From positions 49,476,001 to 49,540,000 of the forward strand of contig NC_042999.1 of assembly GCF_006345805.1 (NCBI RefSeq): a stretch of 64,000 nucleotides of DNA, given 5' to 3'. Source of the stretch: Octopus sinensis. Taxonomy: Eukaryota. The notes below the pieces were generated by a model. That model saw nothing but the letters and a program-made list of their open reading frames with translations. It was not told the DNA's origin and made no database searches. Positions 14,405-26,962 of the stretch are shown here, piece after piece; the first letter of the stretch is position 1; every line of letters starts with the position of its first letter. A program made the position numbers and the translations under genes.

Positions 14405-14760
14405 ATTGAAAATTGGATGAAAGTTGTAAAAATGGCAAAAGTGGATGGTACCTCTCTAAGTGTGGACCTGAGCGTCGGAGAAAGGAAACAGGAGAGGGTA
14501 CTTGCCCTTGGAGTTCGGGGAGATCTTGGACAGTGAGATTCCTTGATTATCCCTGCATGAGGAGGCCTACCTCTCTATCATTCCCCTCTTTGTTTATTAA
14601 CCTTTGCATATTATGTTTAGTTCCCACCCTTTTCCCTGTATACCGTGTATATTTACTCTTTTGCTTTATTTTATTATTTCATTATATGTAAACCCTGACC
14701 CTTTATGCCTGTTCTCTATTGTCCTCCCGATTCTTCACCCTGGTGACCTATAAAGAAACC
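14405..14760 (+). mobile_element. Tx1/L1-like LINE 3' end (second family)
   Basis: Translates ENWMKVVKMAKVDGTSLSVDL, then a 3'UTR ending ATAAAGAAA plus (ATT)n. Confidence 0.5.
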
Positions 14761-14977
14761 ATTATTATAATTGCTATTATTATTATTATTATTATATTAT
14801 TATTATTATTATTATTATATTGTTGTTGTTGTTGTTGCTGTTGTTGTTGTTGTTGTTGTTGTTCTTATTCTTGTTATTTTCCGATTGATTTGTATTTTAT
14901 TTCATCTTCCGACTGGGTCAGAACCAGAGACCCACGGCGCGTATATATATATTAGATGGAAAGAAACTTCCTGAGAA

Positions 14978-15478
14978 GGTGGGCGGCAGAAACGTTAGCG
15001 TGCCGGGCGAAATGCTTAGCGGTATTTCGTCTGGCGCAACGTTGTGAGTTCAAATTCCGCTGAGGTCGACTTTGCCTTTCATCCTTTCGGGGTCGATAAA
15101 TTAAGTACCAGTTATGCACTGGGGTCGATGTAATCGACTTAATACCTATGTCTCTCCTTGTTTGTCCCCTCTATGTTTAGCCCCTTGTGGGTAATAAAGA
15201 AATAGGTTGATATCAGCGCAACTTTTTGAGCTTCGTACATTGACGGCTTCCCAGGGATTTGGTTATTATCAAGAAGGCGGTGTGTTGACAGAATCGTTAT
15301 CGCACTGGACAAAATGCTTAGCGGTACTTCGTCTGTCTTCACGTTCAGAGTTCAAATTCGATCGAGGTCGACTTAGCTTTCTATCCTTTCGTGGTCAATA
15401 AAATGGGTAACCGTTGAGCATTGTGACCAATGAAATTGACATAACCCTCCCCCAAAATTCCAGGCCTAGTAGAATAGA
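14978..15478 (+). mobile_element. Two tRNA-derived SINEs (octopus OR/Twinkle-like family, GTCGACTTTGCCTTTCATCCTTTCGGGGTCGAT core)
   Basis: A box GGCAGAAACGTTAGC, B box GAGTTCAAATTC, tail AGCCCCTTGTGGGTAATAAAGAAATA. Decayed relatives at 16230-16390, 17790-17985 and 18150-18290. Confidence 0.85.
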
Positions 15479-15714
15479 TTATAGTGATGGTGGTGGCGGT
15501 GGCGGTTGGGTGGTGGTGGTGTGTGGTAGTAAGTAGTGTAGTAGTAGTATTAGTAGTAGTAGAGTAGTAGTGTAGTAGTAGCAGCAGCAGTATAGTAGTA
15601 GTAGTAGAGTAGTAGTAGTAGTAGTAGGAGGAGGAGGAGGAGGAGGGAGGAGAGTCGTTATCATGTCGCGTGCAAAATGCTTAGCTGACACCGATCTCTA
15701 AATTCTGAAAACGG

Positions 15715-15814
15715 NNNNNNNNNNNNNNNNNNNNNNNNNNNNNNNNNNNNNNNNNNNNNNNNNNNNNNNNNNNNNNNNNNNNNNNNNNNNNNNNNNNNNN
15801 NNNNNNNNNNNNNN
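15715..15814. other. Assembly gap (100 N)
   Basis: Run of N. Confidence 1.
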
Positions 15815-17260
15815 GACGACGACACGAAAGAATGAAGAGAGAAGGAGGAGGTGCGGAGAAGTAATAAGAGAAGAAGAAGAAGAAGACGAAGAAGAGAGAT
15901 GAAGGAGAAGAAGAAGAAGTAGAAGAAGGAGGAGGAGGTGGATGAGGAGAAGAAGAAGAAGAAGAAGACGACGACGACGACGAAGAAGAAGAAGGAGGAG
16001 GAGAAGAGAAGAAAAGAAGAAGAAGAAGAAGAAGAAGAAGAAGAAGAAGAAGAAGAAGAAAAACTCAAGCACATAATCGACTCCTCTCGCCATTTCCGTC
16101 AGTAACGGATTTGTAAATTTGTCATCGGGGAATTCAGGTTTTGTAGTTAATCGCTCGTAACTTAGTAAAAAGCAATTAATTATGTTGAGGTCCCATCGTA
16201 ATTGAATTTGTCAGTTCCTGGACTTGACGTATGAGAGTGGCGAGATTTGAACTCAGGACATAAAGAAACTTTACCTTTCATCCTTTCGGAGTCGATAATG
16301 AAGCAGCAGTTGCGTAATGGGGGCGATCTAGTCGATTGGCCTCACCCCCGCCAAATATTTCGGGCCTTGTACCTAGAGTAGAAAAGAATAATTTATATAC
16401 ACCATTGACATAACATAATGGTGTATATTTTATATACACCATTTACATGAACATGATCTTAATTCATAACCTTTAGCATGATTGAATTATATCCCATGTT
16501 CATCTGACATATCTTCTAAGTTCAATTAATTGAGTAGTTTTTGGTATGCTATTCACTGCCGACTTAAAAAAAAAGAAAACAAGAAAAGAATATAATTAAT
16601 AAATCAGTTCTGAGTATAATTATAATATGAAGACGTGGCGGTAATGACTGGAATATCAGTCAAATAATATGCGAACAATAACTTCTTAAAGATCGAGGGC
16701 TGCACTTAAATGTGCAAAAATCTTTTCCCGTGGAACATCTCATGATCACGACCAGCAATCAATCTCGCAGCAAGTTAACACAATGCTTGTCATTTTAGAG
16801 TTTCCCTACCTCTTGGCAGACAAATGGACGTGGTGAATGGAAGTTTAGCGTCTTTGGCAGAGATACAGTATACATCTATTGACATTATACCAACTTAAAC
16901 AACCGCAATTCTATTCATATATCTGCTGATCCAAATACTACATGAGATTCTCCAATTTATGGCTGTAAAATTTCTTCGTTTCGCTTTTCTTATAAAATAT
17001 TGACTATATTATTCTGCTTTCCTCAGCAGCACTAAGAAACATATAGGTATTCAGAATTACATCCTTTCATTTCATAAAAGTAGATTTGATTTATCAAAGG
17101 AAAAACATATACATAAACATCATATGGTGTATATAGGAAATAAGGAAGAACATCTTATAAAATCTCTTTACAAATCAATAGCTATTAAATTATATATGTA
17201 TATGTATGCATATATATGTGTGTCTGTGTATATATATGCATGAATATGTATGTGAGTATG

Positions 17261-17292
<32 letters not shown>

Positions 17293-18373
17293 ATATATAT
17301 ATATTTATATTATATATATACGCACACAAAAACACATGCATACATATATGCATACATTCACGTAATTTAAAGGAAAGATTAGAATGTGAAGTTTATTAAA
17401 ACTAACCGAATTTTAATCAATATGTTTGCTTAAGTATTTGTATCATTGTTTAATAATTAATGTGATATTAATTAATGTTATAAATAGGGTTTGTATATTC
17501 GTGTTTAGGAAGCAAACATGTAAGCTATTATTTCTATTCATGTAGCTGTTATTGAATTAAATTATGGCATTTTCATTATTCGTTGTCAGCGATTATTATT
17601 CCTAAAATCTACATGGTTATTGATTAATTTTTCTGGTAATATTGTATCGAGCCTGAAAGGAATGACTTGAGAACTCGGCCACTGTGTTATTTGATTTCTT
17701 ATGTAAAAAGAAATGAGATTAAGAAAAGCAAGCCATTTATCCGTCGTTCTCCAATATCCACCAAACTACAGTTGATAATTGGTGATGTCATTCATATTAG
17801 CTAGATAGGTTTCAAATTTTGGGCGTAAATCGATTACATCGTCCCCAGGGCTCGACTGAACTTATTTTATCGACCCCAAATAATGTAAAGTAAAGTCAAC
17901 CTGAGAACAATTTGAACTCAGACGTAAGGATGCATGAAATGCCGCTAAGAATTTTGCCCGGTGTGCTAACGATTCTGCCAGCGCGCGGCTTTATAAACAT
18001 GAGCAATATTTCCACCAAAAATGGTAAGATGTGTGGAGCAAGAAATGTTAGCTGTCTGCAAACTGTGACCTTCAGAACGGTCATATTTCAGATTGAAATG
18101 AAATCTTTTCACTTAGAATACTTTTAGTATCATTTTTAAGAAAGCAGGCAGGCAGAATCGTTTGCACATCCACCAGAGTCAACTTTGCCTTTCATCCTAG
18201 ATAGAATCAATACTACCTGGGTACTGGCGTCGATGTAATCGACTATTACCCTCCCCCAAAATTTCCGACCTTGTGCATTTAGTAGAAAGGATGATGATGA
18301 TGATGATGGTTATCATTATTATTATTATTAATATTATTATTATAATTATTATTATTAATATTATTATTATTAT

Positions 18374-18408
<35 letters not shown>

Positions 18409-18604
18409 TTTTCATTATCATCTTTCAATTTTGTTTCCATTTCTTACCGAGTGTCTTCCTGACACCTATGCCAGAGAAACGCACGGTGTACATTGGTAGC
18501 CCATTAACGTAAACACACTTGATTGTTCATTTACGGAGTCATGTAATAGAGAAAAAGGGGAAGAAAGACAGAGAGAAAAAAGAAAAAGAAAAAATATCAA
18601 AAAT

Positions 18605-20800
18605 AAACAAAGAAAATAAAGGGGATTAATTCAATCCCATCATTGCAGTATCGACACTTTGGGTCTACTCCATTTTTCATCACATGGCTTGATATTTCCG
18701 GGTCAGTAAGCACTGATATTGAGCAGCCAAGATAAGAGCCTAGCCCTGAGGTTCGTAGCCACAGATGGGTATGCTTCTGGTCTACACTACGGGTCACATA
18801 TTTGACATGCAGAGGTTTTTATTCCAGCCTATCAGCCAATTGCTCAAGCGCATTTTGCTTTGCTATTGACCTCACCTTCTTTGCAACTACACTATAATTG
18901 CCGCACTTCAATTATGCCGTTCAACCTGGATATTATGCATAAACTCTCAAGCAAATTTCTTGCTCTCCATAACAGAATGAAGCTCTCACGTCCCTCGTGG
19001 TTTTGAACGAGCTTTAGTATTATATTCTTTTTTGTTGTTCTATATCTTCTTCCAGAACTTTTCCATTTCCTCAGTCTTGGGTGGCTCCTTTACTTCTATC
19101 TTAATTTTGCCAATTTCCTTATAAAATTTCTTTGCATCCGTTTCGAATATCTTTTTTGTCGATAAAATCTGATTTGTTTGTCATACCTACTAAGCCGCTG
19201 GGCTTTCAGTTGTATTCGTGATTTCAATTGTTCCTTGGTTGCAAGGAGGTTTATAAAATCTTCGATTTTATATTTTTGCTTGATTTTTCTAGCTCGTTTC
19301 GTTTTGACATTTACTCTTCTAGTAAATTCATCGAGAAATGATATATCTCCCCGCAGAGATTCGATCTCTTTTTGTATTGCTACTTTCTACTTAGGGGGTC
19401 TATTGACATAGTTGGTCCTTTTCTGTGTCGAATAAATGAAGTTATTTAAGGTTGTTAGGTCATTTCCCTTATTACTTAAGATCTGTCTAAGAGCAAGATT
19501 ATTTATTATGATTATGCTGTTGATTTTTTTATGTTGTTTGAGAACTTTGCCAGTGGTTCCTCTATTGATGATGTGAATAGACTTAGTCTTGCTGAGTTCT
19601 CTTCTTTTGCTTCTATGACATTCTCTTTATCATTCACTTCAGATTCTGTCATACCTATTCTGGTGTTCTTGAGGTAGGTCTACTTTCTCTTTTTCCGCAT
19701 ATCTGCTCTTCGCTATTCTTTCTTCATCCTCCTCGTTGGGATTTACTGCTCGTACACTGGGTTCTGTGCATCTGTTACCTATTTCATATGCATTGATGCT
19801 GTTTTCATTTGGTCTACCATGAGATATTTATGTCCTAATTTGGCTAATTTCAGCATCAGCTAACATTTTATTCCTAATGATGATCCCTACGTACGTTACT
19901 AAGTTTTTTGTCATCTATATATATCTGCGTATAAGGCGCCGAGCTGGCAGAAACGTTAGCATGTCGGGCGAAATGCGTAGCCGTATTTCGTCTGCCGTTA
20001 CGTTCTGAGTTCAAATTCCGCCGAGGTCGACTTTGCCTTTCATCCTTTCGGGGTCGATAAATTAAGTACCAGTTACGCACTGAGATCGGTGTAATCGACT
20101 TAATTCGTTTGTCTGTCCTTGTTTGTCCCCTCTGTGTGTAGCCCCTTGTGGGTAAAAAAGAAGCATATATATATCTGCGTACTTCATTGCCTACTAACTT
20201 TCTCCAGGAAATGTTAGTTCGTACTATGAGTTTATCTACTGGGTTTAGTTGGGCTGTATAAAAAGCTTTCAACACATCTCTATAATCCTCTCTAGACCAT
20301 TTTATGCGTTTTGCTTTAAATGATATTTTTAGAGGCATCATTACAGGCCAAGGTTTAGGGTTATCCTGGTTCTGGTTACCAAGTAAATCATTTTTAGAGA
20401 TTTTCTTCCAGCAGCAGTGTTTTCGAACCCAGTCGTTTCCCCACTGAGTAACGCGGACCTTGTTGTCCCGGATGATGACCGATCCGGTGTGAGTTTTAGT
20501 GAGTTAAGGCATTGACAATGACAATAGGAGACAGGGCTGTTTGTTCAGAGTTGACTTTTTGACATGACACCGTTAACTTGTTCTTCGAATGAATCTGCTT
20601 ATCATATCGTAGGCAGATAGATCAAAAATAGCCTTTTTCTTTTTTTTTTTTTTGGTAGCTATGTTTCCCGGAATAACTGTTCGGTTATGTTTTTGTATTA
20701 GTTTGTGGAGAGTCGCTTTGTTTTTGTTTGTGTTTAGTACGGCGTCGCTCGCGGCACGTGTTTTTTCTTTTTTTTCCGTGTGTGTCGTGTAGGCATTATT
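18605..20800 (-). mobile_element. Internally deleted R4/Dong-like LINE (N-terminal, pre-RT and CCHC-region remnants; RT core absent)
   Basis: Minus-strand pieces: RIKWSREDYRDVLKAFY; ..KAQRLSR..QIRFYRQKKIFETDAKKFYKEIGK..EKFWKKI; then KPLHVKY..THLWLRTSGL..VMKNGVDPKCRYCND. The 5' boundary is approximate. Confidence 0.7.
19933..20164 (+). mobile_element. tRNA-derived SINE nested in the R4-like LINE
   Basis: Full head to tail, with a 16-bp TSD TATATATATCTGCGTA at 19916-19931 and 20166-20181. Confidence 0.92.
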
Positions 20801-20811
20801 TTTTTTCAGCT

Positions 20812-21560
20812 ACAGGCACAAGGCCTGGAATTTGTGGTGAGGGTGATAGTCGATCACATCGATCACAGTACTAGACTAGTACTTAATTTATCGACCCCGA
20901 AAGAATGAAAGACAAAGTCGACCTCGGCGGAATTTGAACTCAGCACATAGCAGCAGGCAAAATACCTATTTCTTTACTGCCCACAAGGAGCTAAACACTG
21001 AGAGGACAAACAAGGACAGAGAAACGGATTAAGTCGATTATATCGACCCCAGTGCGTAACTGGTACTTAATTTATCGACCCCGAAAGAATGAAAGACAAA
21101 GTCGACCTCAGCGGAATTTGAACTCAGAACGTAACAGCAGACGAAATACCTATTTCTTTATTACCCACAAGGGGCTACACACAGAGGAGACAAACAAGGA
21201 CAGACATAGGTATTAAGTCGATTACATCGACTCCAGTGCGTAACTGGTACTTAATTTCTCGACCCCGAAAGAATAAGAGGTAAAGTCAACCTCGGCGGAA
21301 TTTGAACACCAGCACATAGCAGCAGGCAAAATACCTATTTCTTTACTACCCACAAGGGGCTAAACACAGAGGACAAACAAGGACAGAGAAACGGATTACG
21401 TCGATTACATCGACCCCGGTGCGTAACTGGTACTTAATTTATCGACCCCGAAAGGATGAAAGACAAAGTCGACCTCGGCGGAATTTGAACTCAGAACGTA
21501 ACGACAGACGAAATACGGCTACGTATTTCGTCCGGCGTGCTAACGTTTCTGCCAGTTCGT
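20812..21560 (-). mobile_element. Head-to-tail multimer (~4 units) of the same SINE family
   Basis: Repeated ATTTATCGACCCCGAAAG..AAAGTCGACCTCGGCGGAATTTGAACTCAG units about every 190 bp. Confidence 0.9.
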
Positions 21561-21674
21561 TGCCAAATGTAGGTATTATTTCTGTTGCTTATGAATATTA
21601 ACATGTGTATTATAGATGCGTGGACAGTTGCATGTATAGGCAACTATTCAAACTACGTACTTACTCTGTAAGTC

Positions 21675-22057
21675 GTGGAGGCGCAATGGCCCAGTGGTTA
21701 GGCAGCGGATTCGCGGTCATAGGATCGCAGTTTCGATTCCCAGACCGGGCGTTGTGAGTGTTTATTGAGCGAAAACACCTAAAGCTCCACGAGGCTCCGG
21801 CAGGGGATGGTGGTGGTCCCTGCCGTACTCTTTCACCACAACTTTCTCTCACTCTTACTTCCTGTTTCTGTTGTACCTGTATTTCAAAGGGCCGGCCTTG
21901 TCACTCTCTGTGTCACGCTGAATATCCCCGAGAACTACGTTAAGGGTACATGTGTCTGTGGAGTGCTCAGCCACTTACACGTTAATTTCACGAGCAGGCT
22001 GTTCCGTTGATTCGGATCAACCGGAACCCTCATCGTCGTAACCGACGGAGTGCTTCC
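21675..22057 (+). mobile_element. tRNA-derived SINE (OK-like family)
   Basis: Head GGAGGCGCAATGGCCCAGTGGTTAGG..GTTTCGATTCCC, TSD ACTCTGTAAGT on both sides. Near-identical copy at 43503-43887. Confidence 0.9.
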
Positions 22058-22394
22058 GGCCGACTCTGTAAGTGGCGTTTTTTCCAGGTTTTCTTGTGCT
22101 ATTTTTGACTTCTCGCGTACGCTGCTCTGAGATATCATGCACTTAAGAAAGAAACTACACTTTACATAACAAAAATATTTCCGGGTTTTTAGTTCCTCTC
22201 CTTAAACAAAACTTTTTCTTCGGTTGTATTGCAAAGTTTTCCTTAAATCGCACTGATTTTACTGGATTGAGTTTGTTTTGTGAAGAGAACTTCTTAACGT
22301 ATGTCCGTGTTGTTCTTTAGCTCGGAGCCATATTATTATTATTATTATTATTGCTGTTGTTGTTGTTGTTGTTGTTGTTGTTTGTGGTTGTTGT

Positions 22395-22740
22395 TATTCA
22401 TTTGTCCTATTTTTATCCCGTGCTTTAACTATACTAACGACGCTGCTCTGTGTGCCTTGGGCATGTGCTGTGATTTGTTGTGGTGCTCTTATTTTCACTG
22501 TATTGAAAGTGTTTTACGTAAGATGTGTGCGGTGCCTAGTAGTGCTATTTTCTGTATGTTATATATACTTGTAAGTCCTGATATTTTTGTTACGTATCTG
22601 TCTGAATGTCTTTTTTCATCATCCCTAATGCGCCTACCATTATAGAAATAGTTTATGTTTTTAGTCTCTACATTCGAGTTACCTATATTTCCAGATCTTT
22701 GTATTTTCCGTTTCTTTTGGAGAAACATTGTCATTGTTTC
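22395..22740 (-). mobile_element. R4/Dong-like LINE 3' end (older copy of the 12944 family)
   Basis: Translates ..SIYNIQKIALLGTAHILRKTLSIQ* with the same 3'UTR. Adjacent to (TAT/TGT)n. Confidence 0.85.
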
Positions 22741-22844
22741 GTAGATGGAAACTGAAATAAAGCCCGTTGTATATGTACATATACGTGTGTGTATGTATGC
22801 ATGTGTGTGTGTGTGTGTGTGCGTGCGCGCGCACGCCCGGGGTG

Positions 22845-23310
22845 TATCAGGTACTGAAACCATCCTTATGAAAATATCAGAATTTCGAAGCAACTTCCCT
22901 TTGGCCAATTCCCAACAAGAAGATCAGTTGCACTTCAAAGGCAAACTAAAAGACAATCTGAAACGATGCAACATTCCCTTTTCTTCCTGGAAAAGCAGAG
23001 CTTCAGAACGCATGAGCTGGCACCAGTCTTGATTCAATGATTAAAGCAAAGTCAACTCCAGCATCGGGCCCAACTTCGTATAGGCATGAAGGCACGCTGG
23101 CAAAACGCTGTTCCTTTAAATGGAAACCTTACCTGTCATTGTGGTTTTGTGACACGAAGCAAAGCAGCCGTTGCCGCCCCCTCAAGAAAACACACAGTAA
23201 ATGATCCACAAACACTTAAGCAAACTGAGTTCTTAACTCGTTTTATTTGCCAAAAGGCTAACAAGGCACTAGCAGGCCTCAAGAGACACTATCGAGTCCA
23301 TAAAACATAA
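22845..23310 (+). mobile_element. RTE-clade LINE 3' fragment
   Basis: HFKGKLKDNLKRCNIPFSSWKSRASERMSW and CHCGFVTRSKAA match RTE C-terminal motifs. Confidence 0.75.
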
Positions 23311-23319
23311 TTAACGCTT

Positions 23320-23362
23320 TATTTCACTGAATCCTCATTTGTCGTTCACGAGAGAATTCATC

Positions 23363-23439
<77 letters not shown>

Positions 23440-23790
23440 ATCCAAACATAAAAACACAAAGAAAAAACACAACAAAGCGAGGACGTGGAACAAATATAGT
23501 ATTATTGGACGCTTGGGAAGGAAGGGAAGAAGGAGGGTTCAACGTTTCGAGCGGAGCTCTTCGTCGAAAACATAGAAGGAAAGGTCCATTTCTCCTTAGC
23601 CCTCATGTCATACAATTGTTAATGTTTATTTCAGTTGGGTCACGCCCTTCCAATTGCTATAGAATCGTAATGCATCTTACGGCGGTGCCTGTCACCTGGA
23701 TGGTGAGGAATCCTACATTGAGAGTGGTAACGACTAGGGTAGGGTAACTGACTGCTTATTGTGATCATTCGTCTTTTGGTTTCCTGTAGC
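23320..23790 (-). mobile_element. Degraded Penelope-like 3' end (pLTR with hammerhead remnant, decayed EN tail)
   Basis: Minus 23538-23570 reads UUU UCGACGA A GAGC ucc GCUC GAAAC GUU GAA. There is weak EN-like ETKRR upstream. Confidence 0.5.
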
Positions 23791-23800
23791 TTTGCTCTCT

Positions 23801-24220
23801 TTCACAAACCCAGTGAACATATATTTCCTATTTCAAAGAAATTCAAACAATAGATATAAGACCCAAGTTAAAAAGATTCTCAACAATTCAACTTCTCTGG
23901 TTGATATTAAGATACCCACCCCCAACAGGGTCGTTAACTCTCACATTTTAGAGCTCCATGACCTTCATTTTTCACGAGCAAAATCTTTTTATCAAGTTCA
24001 ATAAGACTGGAATTTTGGAATCTGCGCATAAAAATCAGTAGTATGGGATACATGTGGCACGATTACAATTTTTTGGGGGCGTGTAAAGAGGGAAATAACC
24101 CTCAACTGCAATTTTGATGAAATTCGAAACAAATATTCCAGTTCATTAGAGAAGCTATAACAGAAAAGTCTAATTCTTCAATTGTATGTAACACGGGCAA
24201 ACGCCGGGTATCACTGCTAG
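23801..24220 (+). mobile_element. Helitron-like non-autonomous 3' end
   Basis: Ends CACGGGCAAACGCCGGGTATCACTGCTAG|T, a GC hairpin followed by CTAG. Direct-repeat copy at 33018-33426. Confidence 0.7.
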
Positions 24221-24254
<34 letters not shown>

Positions 24255-24475
24255 ATATATATAATATATTATATATATACTATATATATTTTATATATAT
24301 AATATAAATATTAGGGAATTATCCAAAATGGGAAAAAAAAATCAGATTTAGGATTAAATCCAATTTTATAGTAAAATATTATAAAATATTATTTGAGACA
24401 AAACCACTATTTTGCAAAACAAACAAGGAAAGACTTAATCAATACATAAAATTTAATAAATAGTCAAAAAAACCG

Positions 24476-24518
24476 CCACTACAATCGTTTCTTGTCTTGA
24501 TCGACAATCTTCAGGTGG
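24476..24518 (-). ncRNA. Minimal type I hammerhead ribozyme (all core nucleotides and stems intact)
   Basis: Minus strand reads CCAC CUGAAGA UUGUC gaucaa GACAA GAAAC gauu GUA^GUGG. Confidence 0.88.
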
Positions 24519-26962
24519 ACTTCCAATCTAAAAATCCAAATTTTAAAATATAAAAATAATACTTTTAAATAATTAAAGTATAAATAAAAATATAAGTATA
24601 TAATCCATATATAACCTATATATAATCCATATCGAAAATATAGACTAATTACCACGAATTCCCTAAAAAAAAACCATGATAAAACAAAACTCTTAAAAAC
24701 ATATAACGATAAAATCTCCCTTTGCTAAACTCTATAACAAACCTATAAAGTAAACCCCCTAATCCTAAACATTCACACACAAATACACACGTAAACCACA
24801 GACTCACGACTTATACACATACCTATACTAACTTATAAACCTCATATAACCCAAAACCCACTCCCTCCCCACACAGACAAATTAACACATAACATCCAAA
24901 ACCTAAATAACAAACCCATATACACATTCACACCAAAACACACACTCACACGCAAAACACTCACAACAAAAGATTACATATACTCCCTCACATATATACG
25001 CCTATACATACTCAATAAACTCGACATATACAACATACTTACACCACACCCACAAAAAACATTATATACATTTATGAGCTTTAACTCACCTTAGCATCTC
25101 TAACAACAACTTGCAGTAAACCCAATCCCATTTCTCTATGCCCTAACCGCATCACTACTACCCTATTCCATTCACATTCCAAGCAACGCTAGTCAGCCAC
25201 CACCCGGTTATTCACGTGTGCAAAACGAACACCAACCACTCAAAAATTATGAATGAAACAATGTAAAAAAAATAACCAACCCTAAATATAGACAAAATAC
25301 CACAAATTACCTAAAAAAAACCATGATAAACCAAACTCATAAAAGCATATAACGATAAAATCTCCCTTGCTAAACCCTATAACAAACCTTATATAGCAAT
25401 CCCCCTAACCTAAACATTCACACACAAAAAAACCCACCGTAAACCACAGAGACCCAAGCTTATACACAAACCTATACTAACTTATAAACCTCAATATACA
25501 CACCAAAAACCACCACTCCCTCCCTCACACAACAATTAACACATACATCCCAAATCCTAAATAAACAAACCCAAATACACATTCACACACACAACCACCA
25601 CACACGCAAAACACACACACACAACAGATACATATGCTCCCTCACATATACGCATATACATACTCACTAAAACTCGATATATCAACTATTTACACCCACA
25701 CTCATACAGATAAATAAATTAATTATACAATTAAAAAACTCACAACCAATCTCATATACATAAACACTCTTATGAAAACAACATAAACACATCGTAATTA
25801 ACCAGAATATCAAAAATAACATTATGACATAAGGATAAATCAAATACATACTTACAATTCAGTTACAAATTATGAAGTGAAATTAGATTCTTAGCCGTTA
25901 AAAAACCAAACAAAATTACGTTACCATGGAAATAACTAATGTAAAAAAAGAATACGCGCCATAGAAAGTAAACGTCATTCATAGTATGAATGGAGAATAT
26001 AATAAATGGAACTAAAAACTATTTCCACGTAGCAAACCAACGCTACTTAAAAAAATTTATTATGAATGATTCTTTAAAAACTATCATGAAAAATCAATTA
26101 TATACATTTATGAGCTTTAGCTCACCCTAGTAACTCTAACAAACAACTTACAGTAACCCATACTCAATGCCTACCTCATTACCACCCTAATCCATTCACA
26201 ATTCCAAGCAACACTAGTCCCCCCACGGTTACAATTCCAACTCTACCCATTCATTCACAATTTCAACGACGTTCCCTTCAACAACTCTACATATAAGCCT
26301 CAACATATACACCGGAGATACACTTACACATCCGTGCGGATGGGTGAGAGTATACATTAAGTGTAGTGATGGGGCTCCCATTTCTAAACACATTTGTACC
26401 TGTGTGGTAGTCTCCATGTGTATATTCACGCACGGGTATAAATACAGGGGGTACACGCTCACTTCATTTACGTGTACCCCACATGTACATATGCATACTA
26501 TTTGGCTCGATATATGCAACAATGTAATCGCGCCCGTATGTGTGAGCATTCACTGGTTGTGCAATTCACCCATCTGGGTGTGATTGTGTGTAAACTTATC
26601 ACTGTGGAGGTCGAGCTTGATACGTATATATTAGTGTGTATTAGGGGTTGTACGTACACTCGACATATACAACAATACTTACACACCCACAAAAAACATT
26701 ATATACATTTATGAGCTTTAACTCACCTTAGCATCTCTAACAAACAACTTGCAGTAACCCAATCCCATTCTCTATGCCTACCTCACTACTACACTATTCC
26801 ATTCACATTCCAAGCAACGCTAGTCCACCACCCGGTTATTCACGTGGCAAAACGAACACCACTCAAAAATTATGAATGAAACAATGTAAAAAAATAACCA
26901 ACACCTAAAATAGACAAAATACCACAAATTACCTAAAAAAACCATGATAAACCAAAACTCAT

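Noticed and set aside
21675-21760. tRNA genes at SINE heads
   Set aside because: A and B boxes are present but there is no full cloverleaf. The heads continue into SINE bodies flanked by TSDs.
26229-26549. 106-aa ORF and its mirror at 28807-29070 as captured genes
   Set aside because: No recognisable domain, and the two arm copies differ by frame-changing indels.
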